From a virus, in IMG/VR virus record IMGVR_UViG_3300037504_000588, positions 1-64,000 of that record: a DNA stretch of 64,000 nucleotides; one strand, 5' to 3'. Below, in pieces: positions 29,699 to 39,121 of this stretch (its first letter is position 1; each line of letters opens with the position of its first letter). The notes beneath the pieces are model-generated. The model saw only the letters and a list, made by a program, of their open reading frames with translations. It made no database searches and was not told the DNA's origin. The position numbers were made by a program, and so were the translations under genes.

Positions 29699-30490
29699 AT
29701 GTGGGATGGACAATATGCTTTTGAAAAAAGCAAAATAATACAAGGTGACTGCCTTGAAAAAATGAAACTAATACCTGATGGAAGTGTTGATATGATACTT
29801 GCGGATTTACCTTATGGAACGACTGCTTGTAAATGGGACAGTATTATTCCCTTGGATTTGCTTTGGAAAGAGTACGAGAGGATTGTCAAAGAAAATGGAG
29901 TTATATGCTTAACTGCAAGCCAACCATTTACAACAAAACTTATTGCAAGCAATTACGGTATGTTTAAGTATGAATTTATTTGGAATAAAGGCAAAAGCTC
30001 AAACTTTATGCTTGCAAAAAAGCAAATACTTAAAATGCATGAACAAATATTAGTGTTCTATCGTAAGCAACCATTCTTTAACCCACCAAAAATAAAAAGG
30101 TGTGAAAAAGATAAACGACCAGCAAATGTAAACAACATTAAGGTTGTTGAGGTTACTGGACAAAAAAGAATAGTTGTTGAATGTAAAAGTAATGAAAAAT
30201 TAGAAGGTAGTGTATTTGAACTTAGAGATAGAGAGTATGGCTTGCACCCAACACAGAAGCCAACAAGACTCTTTGAAAAGATGATAAAGACTTACACAAA
30301 CGAAGGCGACATAGTACTTGATAATGTTGCAGGAAGTGGAACAACAGGAGAAGCCTGTATAAACCTAAACAGAGACTTTATACTAATTGAAAAAGAACCT
30401 AATTATTACGAAGTAATAAAAGAGAGGGTGGGGAAGATTTTTAAAAATTATGGGCTTGACCTACAATCTTTATTAAATGAGCAAATGTAG
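29699..30490 (+). CDS. N4/N6 DNA methyltransferase (beta class)
   Basis: GDCLE, ADLPYG, HPTQKP, LDNVAGSGTT. Confidence 0.9.
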   Translation: MWDGQYAFEKSKIIQGDCLEKMKLIPDGSVDMILADLPYGTTACKWDSIIPLDLLWKEYERIVKENGVICLTASQPFTTKLIASNYGMFKYEFIWNKGKSSNFMLAKKQILKMHEQILVFYRKQPFFNPPKIKRCEKDKRPANVNNIKVVEVTGQKRIVVECKSNEKLEGSVFELRDREYGLHPTQKPTRLFEKMIKTYTNEGDIVLDNVAGSGTTGEACINLNRDFILIEKEPNYYEVIKERVGKIFKNYGLDLQSLLNEQM

Positions 30491-30654
30491 TGCTTGTGGG
30501 TAACGGTAACTTGTAAGGTGTCGTGGCTGCCTTAATCAAAGCCACACAATTTCAAATTTAAAATAAAATTAGATATGACTACAAAAAATTCAAAAACTAC
30601 TGAAATCTATACACAAGTAAGCACTAATGTATTACATAAACTACCATTAGCATT

Positions 30655-31188
30655 ATGATAACAGCATATACAGACGGTTCAGCAAGTGTAAAATCTATGA
30701 AAGGGGGATGTGGTTCTTGGATTAAATATAAAGACAGCAAAGAACATTTCATCTCCAAAGGATTCTACCCAACCAAAACGGGACGTATGGAATTAATGGC
30801 AGTCATTTTAACCCTACAATCTATAAAAGACAAAAGTGAAACTGTATTAATATACAGTGATAGTAAATATGTTGTGAATACAGTAATGCAAGGATGGTTG
30901 GATAAATGGGAAAGAGAATTCTGGCAAAACAATAAAAATACTGATATTTGTAAGGTTTTAAAAGAAGAATTATTTAAATTTACCTTATCAAACGGAAAAG
31001 TCATATTAAAGCATATAAAAGGACACCAGGATAATCTTCAAGATGAACATATTTATGGTAATAATGTAGCTGATGCATTGGCAGATTTGCATAATTTCAC
31101 AGAATTTGAAAAGGATTTAGAAGTAACCAGAGAAGAAATAAATGAAAGTGAGTTAAAATTTTATAATAAAGAAAATGGACAAAAGTAA
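30655..31188 (+). CDS. rnhA: Ribonuclease HI
   Basis: YTDGS, RMELMA, SDSKYV, HIKGH, GNNVADALA. Confidence 0.9.
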   Translation: MITAYTDGSASVKSMKGGCGSWIKYKDSKEHFISKGFYPTKTGRMELMAVILTLQSIKDKSETVLIYSDSKYVVNTVMQGWLDKWEREFWQNNKNTDICKVLKEELFKFTLSNGKVILKHIKGHQDNLQDEHIYGNNVADALADLHNFTEFEKDLEVTREEINESELKFYNKENGQK

Positions 31189-31369
31189 AGAATACGTAAA
31201 GATGTGCCAAGAAGCACAAGAGTTACAGGAAATATTTGATAATGGTGGATGTATTGAAAATGCAACTCATAGTGCCGTCTGGCTTCCACGTCAAGATCAA
31301 TTACAAGAAATGTTAAACGATGAAGGTTTATATGATTTTATAGGTGGTTTAAATTTAAATTGGAGGTGA
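31175..31369 (+). CDS. Hypothetical protein
   Basis: WLPRQDQLQEM motif. Confidence 0.55.
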   Translation: MDKSKEYVKMCQEAQELQEIFDNGGCIENATHSAVWLPRQDQLQEMLNDEGLYDFIGGLNLNWR

Positions 31370-31519
31370 TAATGATAAAGAAATAAATGGTGAATTGATG
31401 TTAGCTCTGCAGTATTTTTTTATATTCTCCTGATTGTATATTTCAGGAACATAAAGCAAACAATGAGGAATGGTATGGTAAGAAATTATTAAAACAAATA
31501 AGAAAAGAATAAAAAAACA

Positions 31520-33040
31520 ATGAAAGATTCGAAATATCAATTAGCAATATACGATGAATACGATAACACAAATAACAATATCTGTATAGAGGCGACAGCA
31601 GGTTCTGGAAAGACAACTACGATTTTAAACCTCCTCAAAAGAACACCTCCATACAAGAAAGTTATATTTTGCGCTTTCAATAAATCAATACAAGAGGAGT
31701 TATCCTCACGAGTACCTGATCAGGTCAAAGTATCAACAATACACTCCCTGGCTTATTCTATACTTAGATATAACATTAAGGCAAACTTTAAACTAACAGA
31801 ATACAAGAATTATCAACTCGCTTTAAAGTTAGTTAAGAAGAAATTCAAAAAGGATTCATTAAAACAATCATATCTATTCACTATAAGCAACATAGTAGAT
31901 TTATATAGGATGAATCTTTGTAAAAACAAAGAGGAATTAATTACAATATTAGACCAAAGAACGATAGATTACAGCAAGGGAGAATTAGAAGATGCATTGA
32001 AATTAATAAAATACCTTGAAACCTATAATAAAGAAAACCACGACACCTTCCTTATTGATTTTACAGATATGTTGTGGTTAGTTAAAGAATTGGTTCCAGA
32101 GCATAAATTCCCAAGATACGATGTAGTGATGGTAGATGAGGGGCAAGATTTGAATTTACTGCAACACCACATAATAAGTAATATAGTAAAACCAAGTGGC
32201 AGAATAATAGCCGTGGGGGATTCACAACAATCAATTTACAGTTTCATGGGCTCATCACCAGAGGCTTTTAATAAATTAAAAGAAAAACCCAAAACAACAT
32301 CTCTACCTTTATCTGTAACTTATAGGTGTTCAAAGAAAATAGTAGAAGAAGCACAGAAAGTATTCCCGGATAAGATAGAATATTTTGAGGAGGCAAGTGA
32401 AGGTATAGTAAGAAAAGGCTCACTGAACGAATTAAAAGAGGGAGATTTTTTATTATGTAGAAACAACCTCCCTTTAATGGAAGCCTTTATAGACTTACTA
32501 ACACAAGGAAAGAAAGCACATATAATGGGTAAAGATTTTTCAAAATCACTACTTAGAATTATAAGAAAGGTAGAATCTTCAGGTAAAGAACAAGCAAATG
32601 AAGTATTTAAAAAGATGTTAAATGAAAAGTGGGAACAGCTTAAAGAAAAAGGTGTTCATAATATATCAAACAATGCATCATATATAACACTTAAAGAAAA
32701 TATAGAGATAGTTAAGATATTGGCTAATGCTTACGGTGGTTATGAAAATCTTGAAAGTAAGATGGATGAAATATTCACAGACGACCAAGAAGGAATTACG
32801 TTATCTACAATACACAAATCAAAAGGACTTGAGAGTGAAAGAGTGTTCTTCTACATGCCAGAATTACTTCCAAGTAAGTATGCTAAAACAGATTTAGAAT
32901 TATTTGCAGAAAAATGTCTTGAGTTTGTAGCAATAACAAGAGCAAAGAAAGAGCTTGTTTATGTAAAAGCTATAACTAATAGAAACGAAGTAAAATCTAA
33001 AGAAAAATTTGAAGAAAACATTAAAGATGCTGTTATTTAA
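31520..33040 (+). CDS. UvrD/Rep superfamily 1 helicase
   Basis: AGSGKTT, DEGQD, VGDSQQSIYSF, TYRC, TIHKSKGLE, VAITRAK. Confidence 0.92.
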   Translation: MKDSKYQLAIYDEYDNTNNNICIEATAGSGKTTTILNLLKRTPPYKKVIFCAFNKSIQEELSSRVPDQVKVSTIHSLAYSILRYNIKANFKLTEYKNYQLALKLVKKKFKKDSLKQSYLFTISNIVDLYRMNLCKNKEELITILDQRTIDYSKGELEDALKLIKYLETYNKENHDTFLIDFTDMLWLVKELVPEHKFPRYDVVMVDEGQDLNLLQHHIISNIVKPSGRIIAVGDSQQSIYSFMGSSPEAFNKLKEKPKTTSLPLSVTYRCSKKIVEEAQKVFPDKIEYFEEASEGIVRKGSLNELKEGDFLLCRNNLPLMEAFIDLLTQGKKAHIMGKDFSKSLLRIIRKVESSGKEQANEVFKKMLNEKWEQLKEKGVHNISNNASYITLKENIEIVKILANAYGGYENLESKMDEIFTDDQEGITLSTIHKSKGLESERVFFYMPELLPSKYAKTDLELFAEKCLEFVAITRAKKELVYVKAITNRNEVKSKEKFEENIKDAVI

Positions 33041-33112
33041 AAACATTATAAATAAAATAAATTTTTAAGGCTTTATATATAATGTTATTGTTAAATTTAT
33101 TAATTTTATAAC

Positions 33113-33424
33113 ATGAAAAAAATTACATTCCAGGTACCAATATTGACTGATAAAGAAACAGTTACATTTGTAAATGCAGATAAAATAAAATCATTAAAAG
33201 GACTATTACCTCAGAAAGAAGTATTTAATCAATACATTCAAGATCAAAAAGAAATGATGGACAATGGCAAAGAATTTCACACAATGAAAATAATGGTAGG
33301 ATTAGCTAAATTTGAAGATTTAAAAAAGGAGTTAAATGGTAAGATGCCAGGACAAAAAGAATTTGATAAATGTATAGATATAACCGTTAATGAGATACCT
33401 TTGATACAGATAATGACTAAATAA
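33113..33424 (+). CDS. Hypothetical protein
   Basis: 103-aa ORF. Confidence 0.55.
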   Translation: MKKITFQVPILTDKETVTFVNADKIKSLKGLLPQKEVFNQYIQDQKEMMDNGKEFHTMKIMVGLAKFEDLKKELNGKMPGQKEFDKCIDITVNEIPLIQIMTK

Positions 33425-33428
33425 GATA

Positions 33429-33929
33429 ATGAGCAACGTAAGATTCATATCAGACTTACATTTAGGGCACGAAAACCAGGCAATTAAACGCCGTGGATTT
33501 CCAGATATTTACAATCATGATGAATACATTATAACAAGATGGAATCTTACCGTACATAAGAAAGATTTAACTTTTATCCTTGGTGATCTGACAATGGAGA
33601 AATGCACTTACGAAAACTTTAAAAGATTAACAGGTAGGAAAGTGATTGTCGGGGGCAACCACGACCCAAAGGGAGCAGCCAAGTATTTGTTAGATAACCA
33701 ACTAATAGAAGCATATATCGGGTGCATGAAGTATAAATCAAAACAATATGGAAAATTTTGGCTGACACATATCCCCATCCATCCTAAAGAACTTGATTAT
33801 AAGGTGAATTACAACATACACGGACATATTCATAATGGTAAGATAGAAGATAAGAGATATATCAATGTATGTGCAGAAGTAATTGATTACAAACCTAAAT
33901 TATTAAGTGAATTAATGCATGAAAAATAA
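33429..33929 (+). CDS. Calcineurin-like metallophosphoesterase
   Basis: SDLHLGH, LGD, GNHD, HGHIH. Confidence 0.9.
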   Translation: MSNVRFISDLHLGHENQAIKRRGFPDIYNHDEYIITRWNLTVHKKDLTFILGDLTMEKCTYENFKRLTGRKVIVGGNHDPKGAAKYLLDNQLIEAYIGCMKYKSKQYGKFWLTHIPIHPKELDYKVNYNIHGHIHNGKIEDKRYINVCAEVIDYKPKLLSELMHEK

Positions 33930-34227
33930 AAAAGTAAGAAAAATATCAGTATCGAAAAGCGGATTGATATATAAAAAGTTGGATATAGACAATCAAACCA
34001 TAGGGCTTTACCTTCCTAAAGAAAAAGAAAAAGCAGATAAACTAAAGGAATTCTATGAGAAAAAAATGAGAGAGATGGGGGTTAAATTAACATACAAAGA
34101 AGATATTCATCACAAAAAACCTTTTTGGAAATTTTGGGGAAAGCTTAACAATTACAGTATAGCAGTTTATAAGACAGTGTTTCCTGTAAGGGTAACAGAT
34201 TCAGAAAAACCAGAAGATATAAATTAA
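33919..34227 (+). CDS. Hypothetical protein
   Basis: 102-aa ORF. Confidence 0.5.
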   Translation: MKNKKVRKISVSKSGLIYKKLDIDNQTIGLYLPKEKEKADKLKEFYEKKMREMGVKLTYKEDIHHKKPFWKFWGKLNNYSIAVYKTVFPVRVTDSEKPEDIN

Positions 34228-34275
34228 ATTAAAAAATTTGGAACTAAATTCAGTATTGATATTTAAAAGATAAGA

Positions 34276-36780
34276 ATGTACACAAAAGAACAAGTGATTG
34301 AAGCAACATTAGATTACTTCAAAGGAGATGGCTTTGCAACAGATGTTTTTGTAAACAAATATTGTTTAAGAGACAGAGACGGCAATTATCTTGAAAAAAC
34401 ACCTGATGATATACACAGGAGATTAGCGAAGGAATTTACAAGAATAGAGCAAAAATACCTAAATCCATTAAATGAAAAAGAAATATACAGTCTACTAAAA
34501 GACTTCAAATATATAATACCTCAAGGTTCTCCAATGGCAGGGATAGGTAACAATCACCGATTACTTAGTCTTTCAAATTGTTTCGTAATTGATTCTGCTA
34601 AAGATTCATATACAGATATAATAGATACAGAAAAAAGGCAAATATATTTAATGAAGCGCAGAGGAGGTGTTGGACATGATCTTTCAAACATAAGACCGAA
34701 AAATGTAAAGACAAGTTCTGTGGCAGAAAAAAGTTCAGGTATTGTACTGTTTGGAGAGAGATATAGTAGAGGAACAAGGGAGGTAGCTCAAGATGGTCGC
34801 AGAGGAGCACTTATGTTATCTATATCAATAGATCATCCAGATGCAGAAAGTTTCATAGATGCTAAACTTGATAGAGGAATGATAACAGGAGCAAATATAT
34901 CAGTTAGGCTTTCTGATTCATTTATCAAAGCAGCTCTAAAAGGAGAAGAATATGAAGCAACATACACCAATCATCAAGGGGAATTTAAAACAAAAGTAAA
35001 TGCAAAGAAGTTATGGGATAAGATAATCCATAATGCATGGAAGTCAGCAGAACCAGGTGTTTTATTTTGGGATAATATATTAAGGGAATCAATTCCTTCG
35101 TGTTATGGAGATGAATGGAGAGAAACGAGCACAAACCCGTGCTCCGAAATTCCTCTCTGTCCATACGATAGTTGTAGGTTAATGGCGATCAATTTATACA
35201 GTTATATTGAAGAACCATTTACAGAAAAAGCAAAATTCAATTTTGAAAAATTTAAGAAACATGTAAGAATAGCTCAAAGGTTGATGGATGATATAGTTGA
35301 TTTGGAATTTGAAAAGATTGACAAAATATTGCATCACCTTGAAAATGATCCTGACAAGGAAGCAAATAACGTTGAAGAAATAAGACTATGGAAAGAGATA
35401 AGGAGAAAAGGGGAACAGGGACGTAGAACAGGGTTAGGTATAACTGCCGAAGGTGACATGATAGCTGCAATGGGGTTGAGATACGGAACAAAAGAAGCAA
35501 CAGAGTTAAGTATAGAAGTACATAAAACTTTAGCTGTAGAAAGTTACAAATCATCCATTGAGATGGCAAAAGAAAGAGGTTGCTTCCCTATTTGGGACTA
35601 TGATAAAGAAAAAAGAAACCCGTTTATAAACAGAGTAGAAGAACAATTAGCTTGGAATAAATTAAATGAATCAGATGATGAATATTGTTTATTATATAGA
35701 AAATATGGACGTAGAAACATAGCCAATCTAACCATCGCACCAACAGGAAGTGTAAGTGCTTGTTCACAGACAACTTCTGGAATAGAGCCAGCCTTCTTAA
35801 TATATTACAAAAGAAGGAGAAAGGTGAACCCAGAAGATAAAGACCAAAGAGTAGATTTTATAGATGAAACAGGGGACAGTTGGCAAGAATACAACGTATT
35901 TCACCATAAGTTTGTTGAGTGGTGGAAGGTTAATTTCGCACCAGATCACACATACCAGGAAGCACTTTCAAAGCTTCAACAATTAAAAGATCAAGAAATA
36001 GAAGAACTGATAGAAGAATCTCCTTATTATAAAGCAACTTCTAATGATATAGATTGGGAAGAAAGTGTAAAACTTCAAGGAGAGGTTCAGAAATGGGTGG
36101 ATCATAGTATATCTAAGACTGTGAATGTTCCAGAAAATACACCTGTAAGTATTATAGATAACATATATCGTAAAGCATATGAGTCAGGATGTAAAGGAGT
36201 GACTGTTTACAGAGATGGATGTAGAAGCGGGATTCTTGTAAACAACAAGGATGAAAGTAAGGGTGAATTTGAATACAAAGATGCATTTAAGAGACCGGAG
36301 GTAACTGATTGTGATATATATCACAAAACAGCTTTAAAGAAGGATTGGACTGTATTGGTTGGCAAGGTGGGAAACAACCCTTATGAGATATTTGTTTTAA
36401 AGCAGTTAGAAAATTCAGCCTTTCCTCACAAGATAACTAAAGGAAAAATAAAGAAAAATAAAAGCAAAAATTATTCCTTAATAGGTGTAGACAAAGATAA
36501 AAGATATACAATAGATAACATAATTAATTATATGTTGCCAGATGAGAGGGTGAACACTCGTAAGGTATCGTCAATGCTAAGACATGGAATGCATCCTGAA
36601 CACATAGTATCTCAAATAAGAGAATATGCTTCAATAACAAGTTTTGATAAAGTTGTTGAGAGAGTATTAAAGAATTACACAGAAGAAAAAGAAGAAAAAT
36701 GCCCTAATTGTGGAGATAAATTATTAAGACAAGAGGGGTGTGTAAAGTGCACTAATTGTACATATAGTGTTTGTGGTTGA
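34276..36780 (+). CDS. nrdJ: Class II (adenosylcobalamin-dependent) ribonucleotide reductase
   Basis: SNCFV, RRGALM, TNPCSE, RRTGLG, TIAPTG, SGIEP, KGVTVYRDG, C-terminal Cys cluster; no beta subunit nearby. Confidence 0.92.
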   Translation: MYTKEQVIEATLDYFKGDGFATDVFVNKYCLRDRDGNYLEKTPDDIHRRLAKEFTRIEQKYLNPLNEKEIYSLLKDFKYIIPQGSPMAGIGNNHRLLSLSNCFVIDSAKDSYTDIIDTEKRQIYLMKRRGGVGHDLSNIRPKNVKTSSVAEKSSGIVLFGERYSRGTREVAQDGRRGALMLSISIDHPDAESFIDAKLDRGMITGANISVRLSDSFIKAALKGEEYEATYTNHQGEFKTKVNAKKLWDKIIHNAWKSAEPGVLFWDNILRESIPSCYGDEWRETSTNPCSEIPLCPYDSCRLMAINLYSYIEEPFTEKAKFNFEKFKKHVRIAQRLMDDIVDLEFEKIDKILHHLENDPDKEANNVEEIRLWKEIRRKGEQGRRTGLGITAEGDMIAAMGLRYGTKEATELSIEVHKTLAVESYKSSIEMAKERGCFPIWDYDKEKRNPFINRVEEQLAWNKLNESDDEYCLLYRKYGRRNIANLTIAPTGSVSACSQTTSGIEPAFLIYYKRRRKVNPEDKDQRVDFIDETGDSWQEYNVFHHKFVEWWKVNFAPDHTYQEALSKLQQLKDQEIEELIEESPYYKATSNDIDWEESVKLQGEVQKWVDHSISKTVNVPENTPVSIIDNIYRKAYESGCKGVTVYRDGCRSGILVNNKDESKGEFEYKDAFKRPEVTDCDIYHKTALKKDWTVLVGKVGNNPYEIFVLKQLENSAFPHKITKGKIKKNKSKNYSLIGVDKDKRYTIDNIINYMLPDERVNTRKVSSMLRHGMHPEHIVSQIREYASITSFDKVVERVLKNYTEEKEEKCPNCGDKLLRQEGCVKCTNCTYSVCG

Positions 36781-36840
36781 TTTTTAACATTATCTAATTA
36801 TCAATCAATAATTTATAAATTTTTTTTATATTTTTTTTAA

Positions 36841-36889
36841 AAATAATTGCAAAAATATTTTGTTTTTATATAAAAAAGTATTATATTTA
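36841..36889 (+). promoter_or_regulatory. Truncated copy of the repeated promoter element
   Basis: Same core, but ends TATATTTA and abuts the ATG at 36891. Confidence 0.65.
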
Positions 36890-36890
36890 T

Positions 36891-37481
36891 ATGGTAGATA
36901 ATTTTGATTTGATTAAGCCAATGTTAAAATTTGAATCGGAAGATGATTTTTACTTCATTCAAATTTTACAAAGGAAGAAAGATAACCCTAATGGGTGTAA
37001 TGGAAGTAGTAATAGTGCCAGGTTAATAAAAGCATATTACATCAACTCAATAGAACATTTGGAAAGTTTAAAAGATGAGATGGTATTTTTTGCCAATCAT
37101 TTTAACTCAAGAGTTGGAATAAACCTAAATAAAAGGAGTTATGAAAAAACGGCTTTTAATACTTTGAAAAAAGTTGCAGAAGTGATGCACAATAAGAATT
37201 TTAAAATGGTAAGAAGAGCATGGAATACCTCTTGCGGTGTGCATAATGGTGGCGATAAAATATGGTTGTTAGATATTGATGTTAAAGACGCAGACTATAT
37301 AAAAAATATAAAGGAATTTGTGCAAAATCAACAACCCAAAAGGGATAAGATATTAGGATTAATTCCTTCAAAAAGTGGATTTCATTTAATTACAAAGGGG
37401 TTTGATTTGAGAGCTTTTAAAAAAGAATACCCAGAGATTGAAATACATAAAAACAATCCAACGAACTTATATATTCCATAA
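36891..37481 (+). CDS. Hypothetical protein with AEP-like motifs
   Basis: LLDID and SKSGFHL resemble primase-polymerase motifs I and II; function is inference. Confidence 0.45.
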   Translation: MVDNFDLIKPMLKFESEDDFYFIQILQRKKDNPNGCNGSSNSARLIKAYYINSIEHLESLKDEMVFFANHFNSRVGINLNKRSYEKTAFNTLKKVAEVMHNKNFKMVRRAWNTSCGVHNGGDKIWLLDIDVKDADYIKNIKEFVQNQQPKRDKILGLIPSKSGFHLITKGFDLRAFKKEYPEIEIHKNNPTNLYIP

Positions 37482-37501
37482 TTAATAAAAACAAAGCAAT
37501 A

Positions 37502-37714
37502 ATGGAAAAATTTGAAATTCACATTGGTAAGATTTACGACTTAGAAAGTAAAACTGAAAAACCAAAACAAACAATGATTATTACAATAGAGCAATTTGCA
37601 GTAATTGAGCAATTTGCAGACATTAGAAAAGATGAATACCTTAATACGATTTACAGACTAAACCAGTGTGAATTTAAGGTAGTACCTCACATTGATTTTA
37701 AAAGCAAAAAGTAG
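37502..37714 (+). CDS. Hypothetical protein
   Basis: Stop is followed by tgctaac (cassette-like end). Confidence 0.5.
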   Translation: MEKFEIHIGKIYDLESKTEKPKQTMIITIEQFAVIEQFADIRKDEYLNTIYRLNQCEFKVVPHIDFKSKK

Positions 37715-37975
37715 TGCTAACGGGATTGGCGTAATAAGCCATGTTATAAATCTGTAAAATTATGGATAAACCAACAATTAAGGATTTGCAAAGGTGGTTA
37801 AAATATAATATAGATGAATGTATTCGCTTTAGAAAAAAAGCGGGTGGGGAGGAAAGATATGAAGACGCAATGGAATTGAAACATATGGAGAATACTTATA
37901 AAAAAGTATGGTTAAAATTAGAAAGAATGCAGGAGTAATTTTATTGTTTTATAACGTTGAGTATATGGTAAGTTG
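37715..37975 (+). mobile_element. Single cassette-like unit with a 58-aa ORF (37762..37938)
   Basis: gttataaatctgtaaaatta (37743-62) vs taattttattgttttataac (37936-55), 17/20 inverted match; mini hairpin at 37718-46. Confidence 0.6.
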
Positions 37976-38066
37976 GGGATTAAAATGTGCTGACCCTTCA
38001 GCTTGCGACAAATAAAACAAAACGGATTGCGGTATGGTATCGTGCGGAATTTTTAAAACCTAATAT

Positions 38067-38765
38067 ATGAAACATACATGTGAACAGATTTATGAAATTG
38101 GAGCTAATAACAAAGTGTATGGCCATGAAAAAGGTCTTTGCCGAATAACAGGCAAAGAAAGTACAGGGGTGCTTTTTGATAAGTGGGTTAGAAACACATT
38201 CAATGACCACGACTATCTTTTTCCTGGTACTATAATTTCAAACGAAGCTTTATTTTGCTTTGATGAAAGCTCAGAGATTGTTCAGCGAAAAACTGGACGT
38301 GGTAAACCCCAAAGATTCCGCACGTATTCTCATATTATTAAAGATGGTGAGTGGTATTGCGTTACGAAAGGCGATAAACGAAAGATATTTGAATTAATAG
38401 TTGAAGGTGCTGAAGTGGTTTGTCTGACCGAAACAGGACAAAAACACGTATTGTTTAAGCATAAAAATGGCATGTGGCAGCTTGATGAATTGCATGTAAA
38501 ACCAGATATTGAATTATTAGGCTTACTGCATTACCACATGTGTGAGCTACTTGCATATCAATTTTCACAATCTGAAATTATCACAGGAGATTATAAATCA
38601 AATAGAATTTTGAAAGCTGGTTTAAAAAACTGGAAAGAACACGAAAATATTATAAAAGAATACCGTGGTAGTGGCATATTTGATTTTACTTCATTCATAC
38701 TTTACACGGACGAAAAGAAACAGGCAACGCCCGAACCTGTAAGTAAACCGGGCAAAGAAATATAA
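38067..38765 (+). CDS. csf1: Type IV Cas8-like large subunit (Csf1-like)
   Basis: CRITG..TFND..RTYSH..GQKH pattern; first gene of an operon with Csf2 and Csf3. Confidence 0.7.
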   Translation: MKHTCEQIYEIGANNKVYGHEKGLCRITGKESTGVLFDKWVRNTFNDHDYLFPGTIISNEALFCFDESSEIVQRKTGRGKPQRFRTYSHIIKDGEWYCVTKGDKRKIFELIVEGAEVVCLTETGQKHVLFKHKNGMWQLDELHVKPDIELLGLLHYHMCELLAYQFSQSEIITGDYKSNRILKAGLKNWKEHENIIKEYRGSGIFDFTSFILYTDEKKQATPEPVSKPGKEI

Positions 38766-38773
38766 AAATCATT

Positions 38774-39121
38774 ATGGAATTAACTCAGGAATTAGTTGCC
38801 GAAAACCTTCTATGGGGTTTGTGGCGAAGTATTACCGAGGATTACAAAACGCAATATCCTCGTGAAATTTGGGAGCATTACGAAAATGCTCTACGTTCAG
38901 CAAGCTACACAGATAGCTTGAAAGTATTCTTAACCAATTTCCAACGCCGTATACCTATCGATATTCAGGCGCAATACAATAAAGATATTCTTTCAGTTGT
39001 AGAAGCTGGCGAAGATGATACAGTACTTAATTGGCTAAGAACAGAAACCACCTACCTAACCATGTTGGTTAGACTTAGAAATCAGGAAAGAAAAGAATCA
39101 TTAAAAGAATTAAACTCATGA
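38774..39121 (+). CDS. cas11: Type IV-B small subunit (Cas11-like)
   Basis: 115-aa helical protein between csf1 and csf2, the usual IV-B position. Confidence 0.6.
   Translation: MELTQELVAENLLWGLWRSITEDYKTQYPREIWEHYENALRSASYTDSLKVFLTNFQRRIPIDIQAQYNKDILSVVEAGEDDTVLNWLRTETTYLTMLVRLRNQERKESLKELNS

Larger units (their letters stand above)
28245..30530 (+). mobile_element. Integron-cassette-like array 2 (at least 4 units)
   Basis: Inverted repeat pairs 28457/28927, 29021-38/29185-202 (16/18), 29276-89/29566-79 (12/14), 29632-46/30490-504 (11/15); compact attC-like hairpin at 29576-29635. Confidence 0.65.

Noticed and set aside
22820-37955. Cassette inverted repeats as IS or MITE ends
   Set aside because: The repeats differ from unit to unit apart from GTT/AAC, there are no target-site duplications, and no transposase is present.
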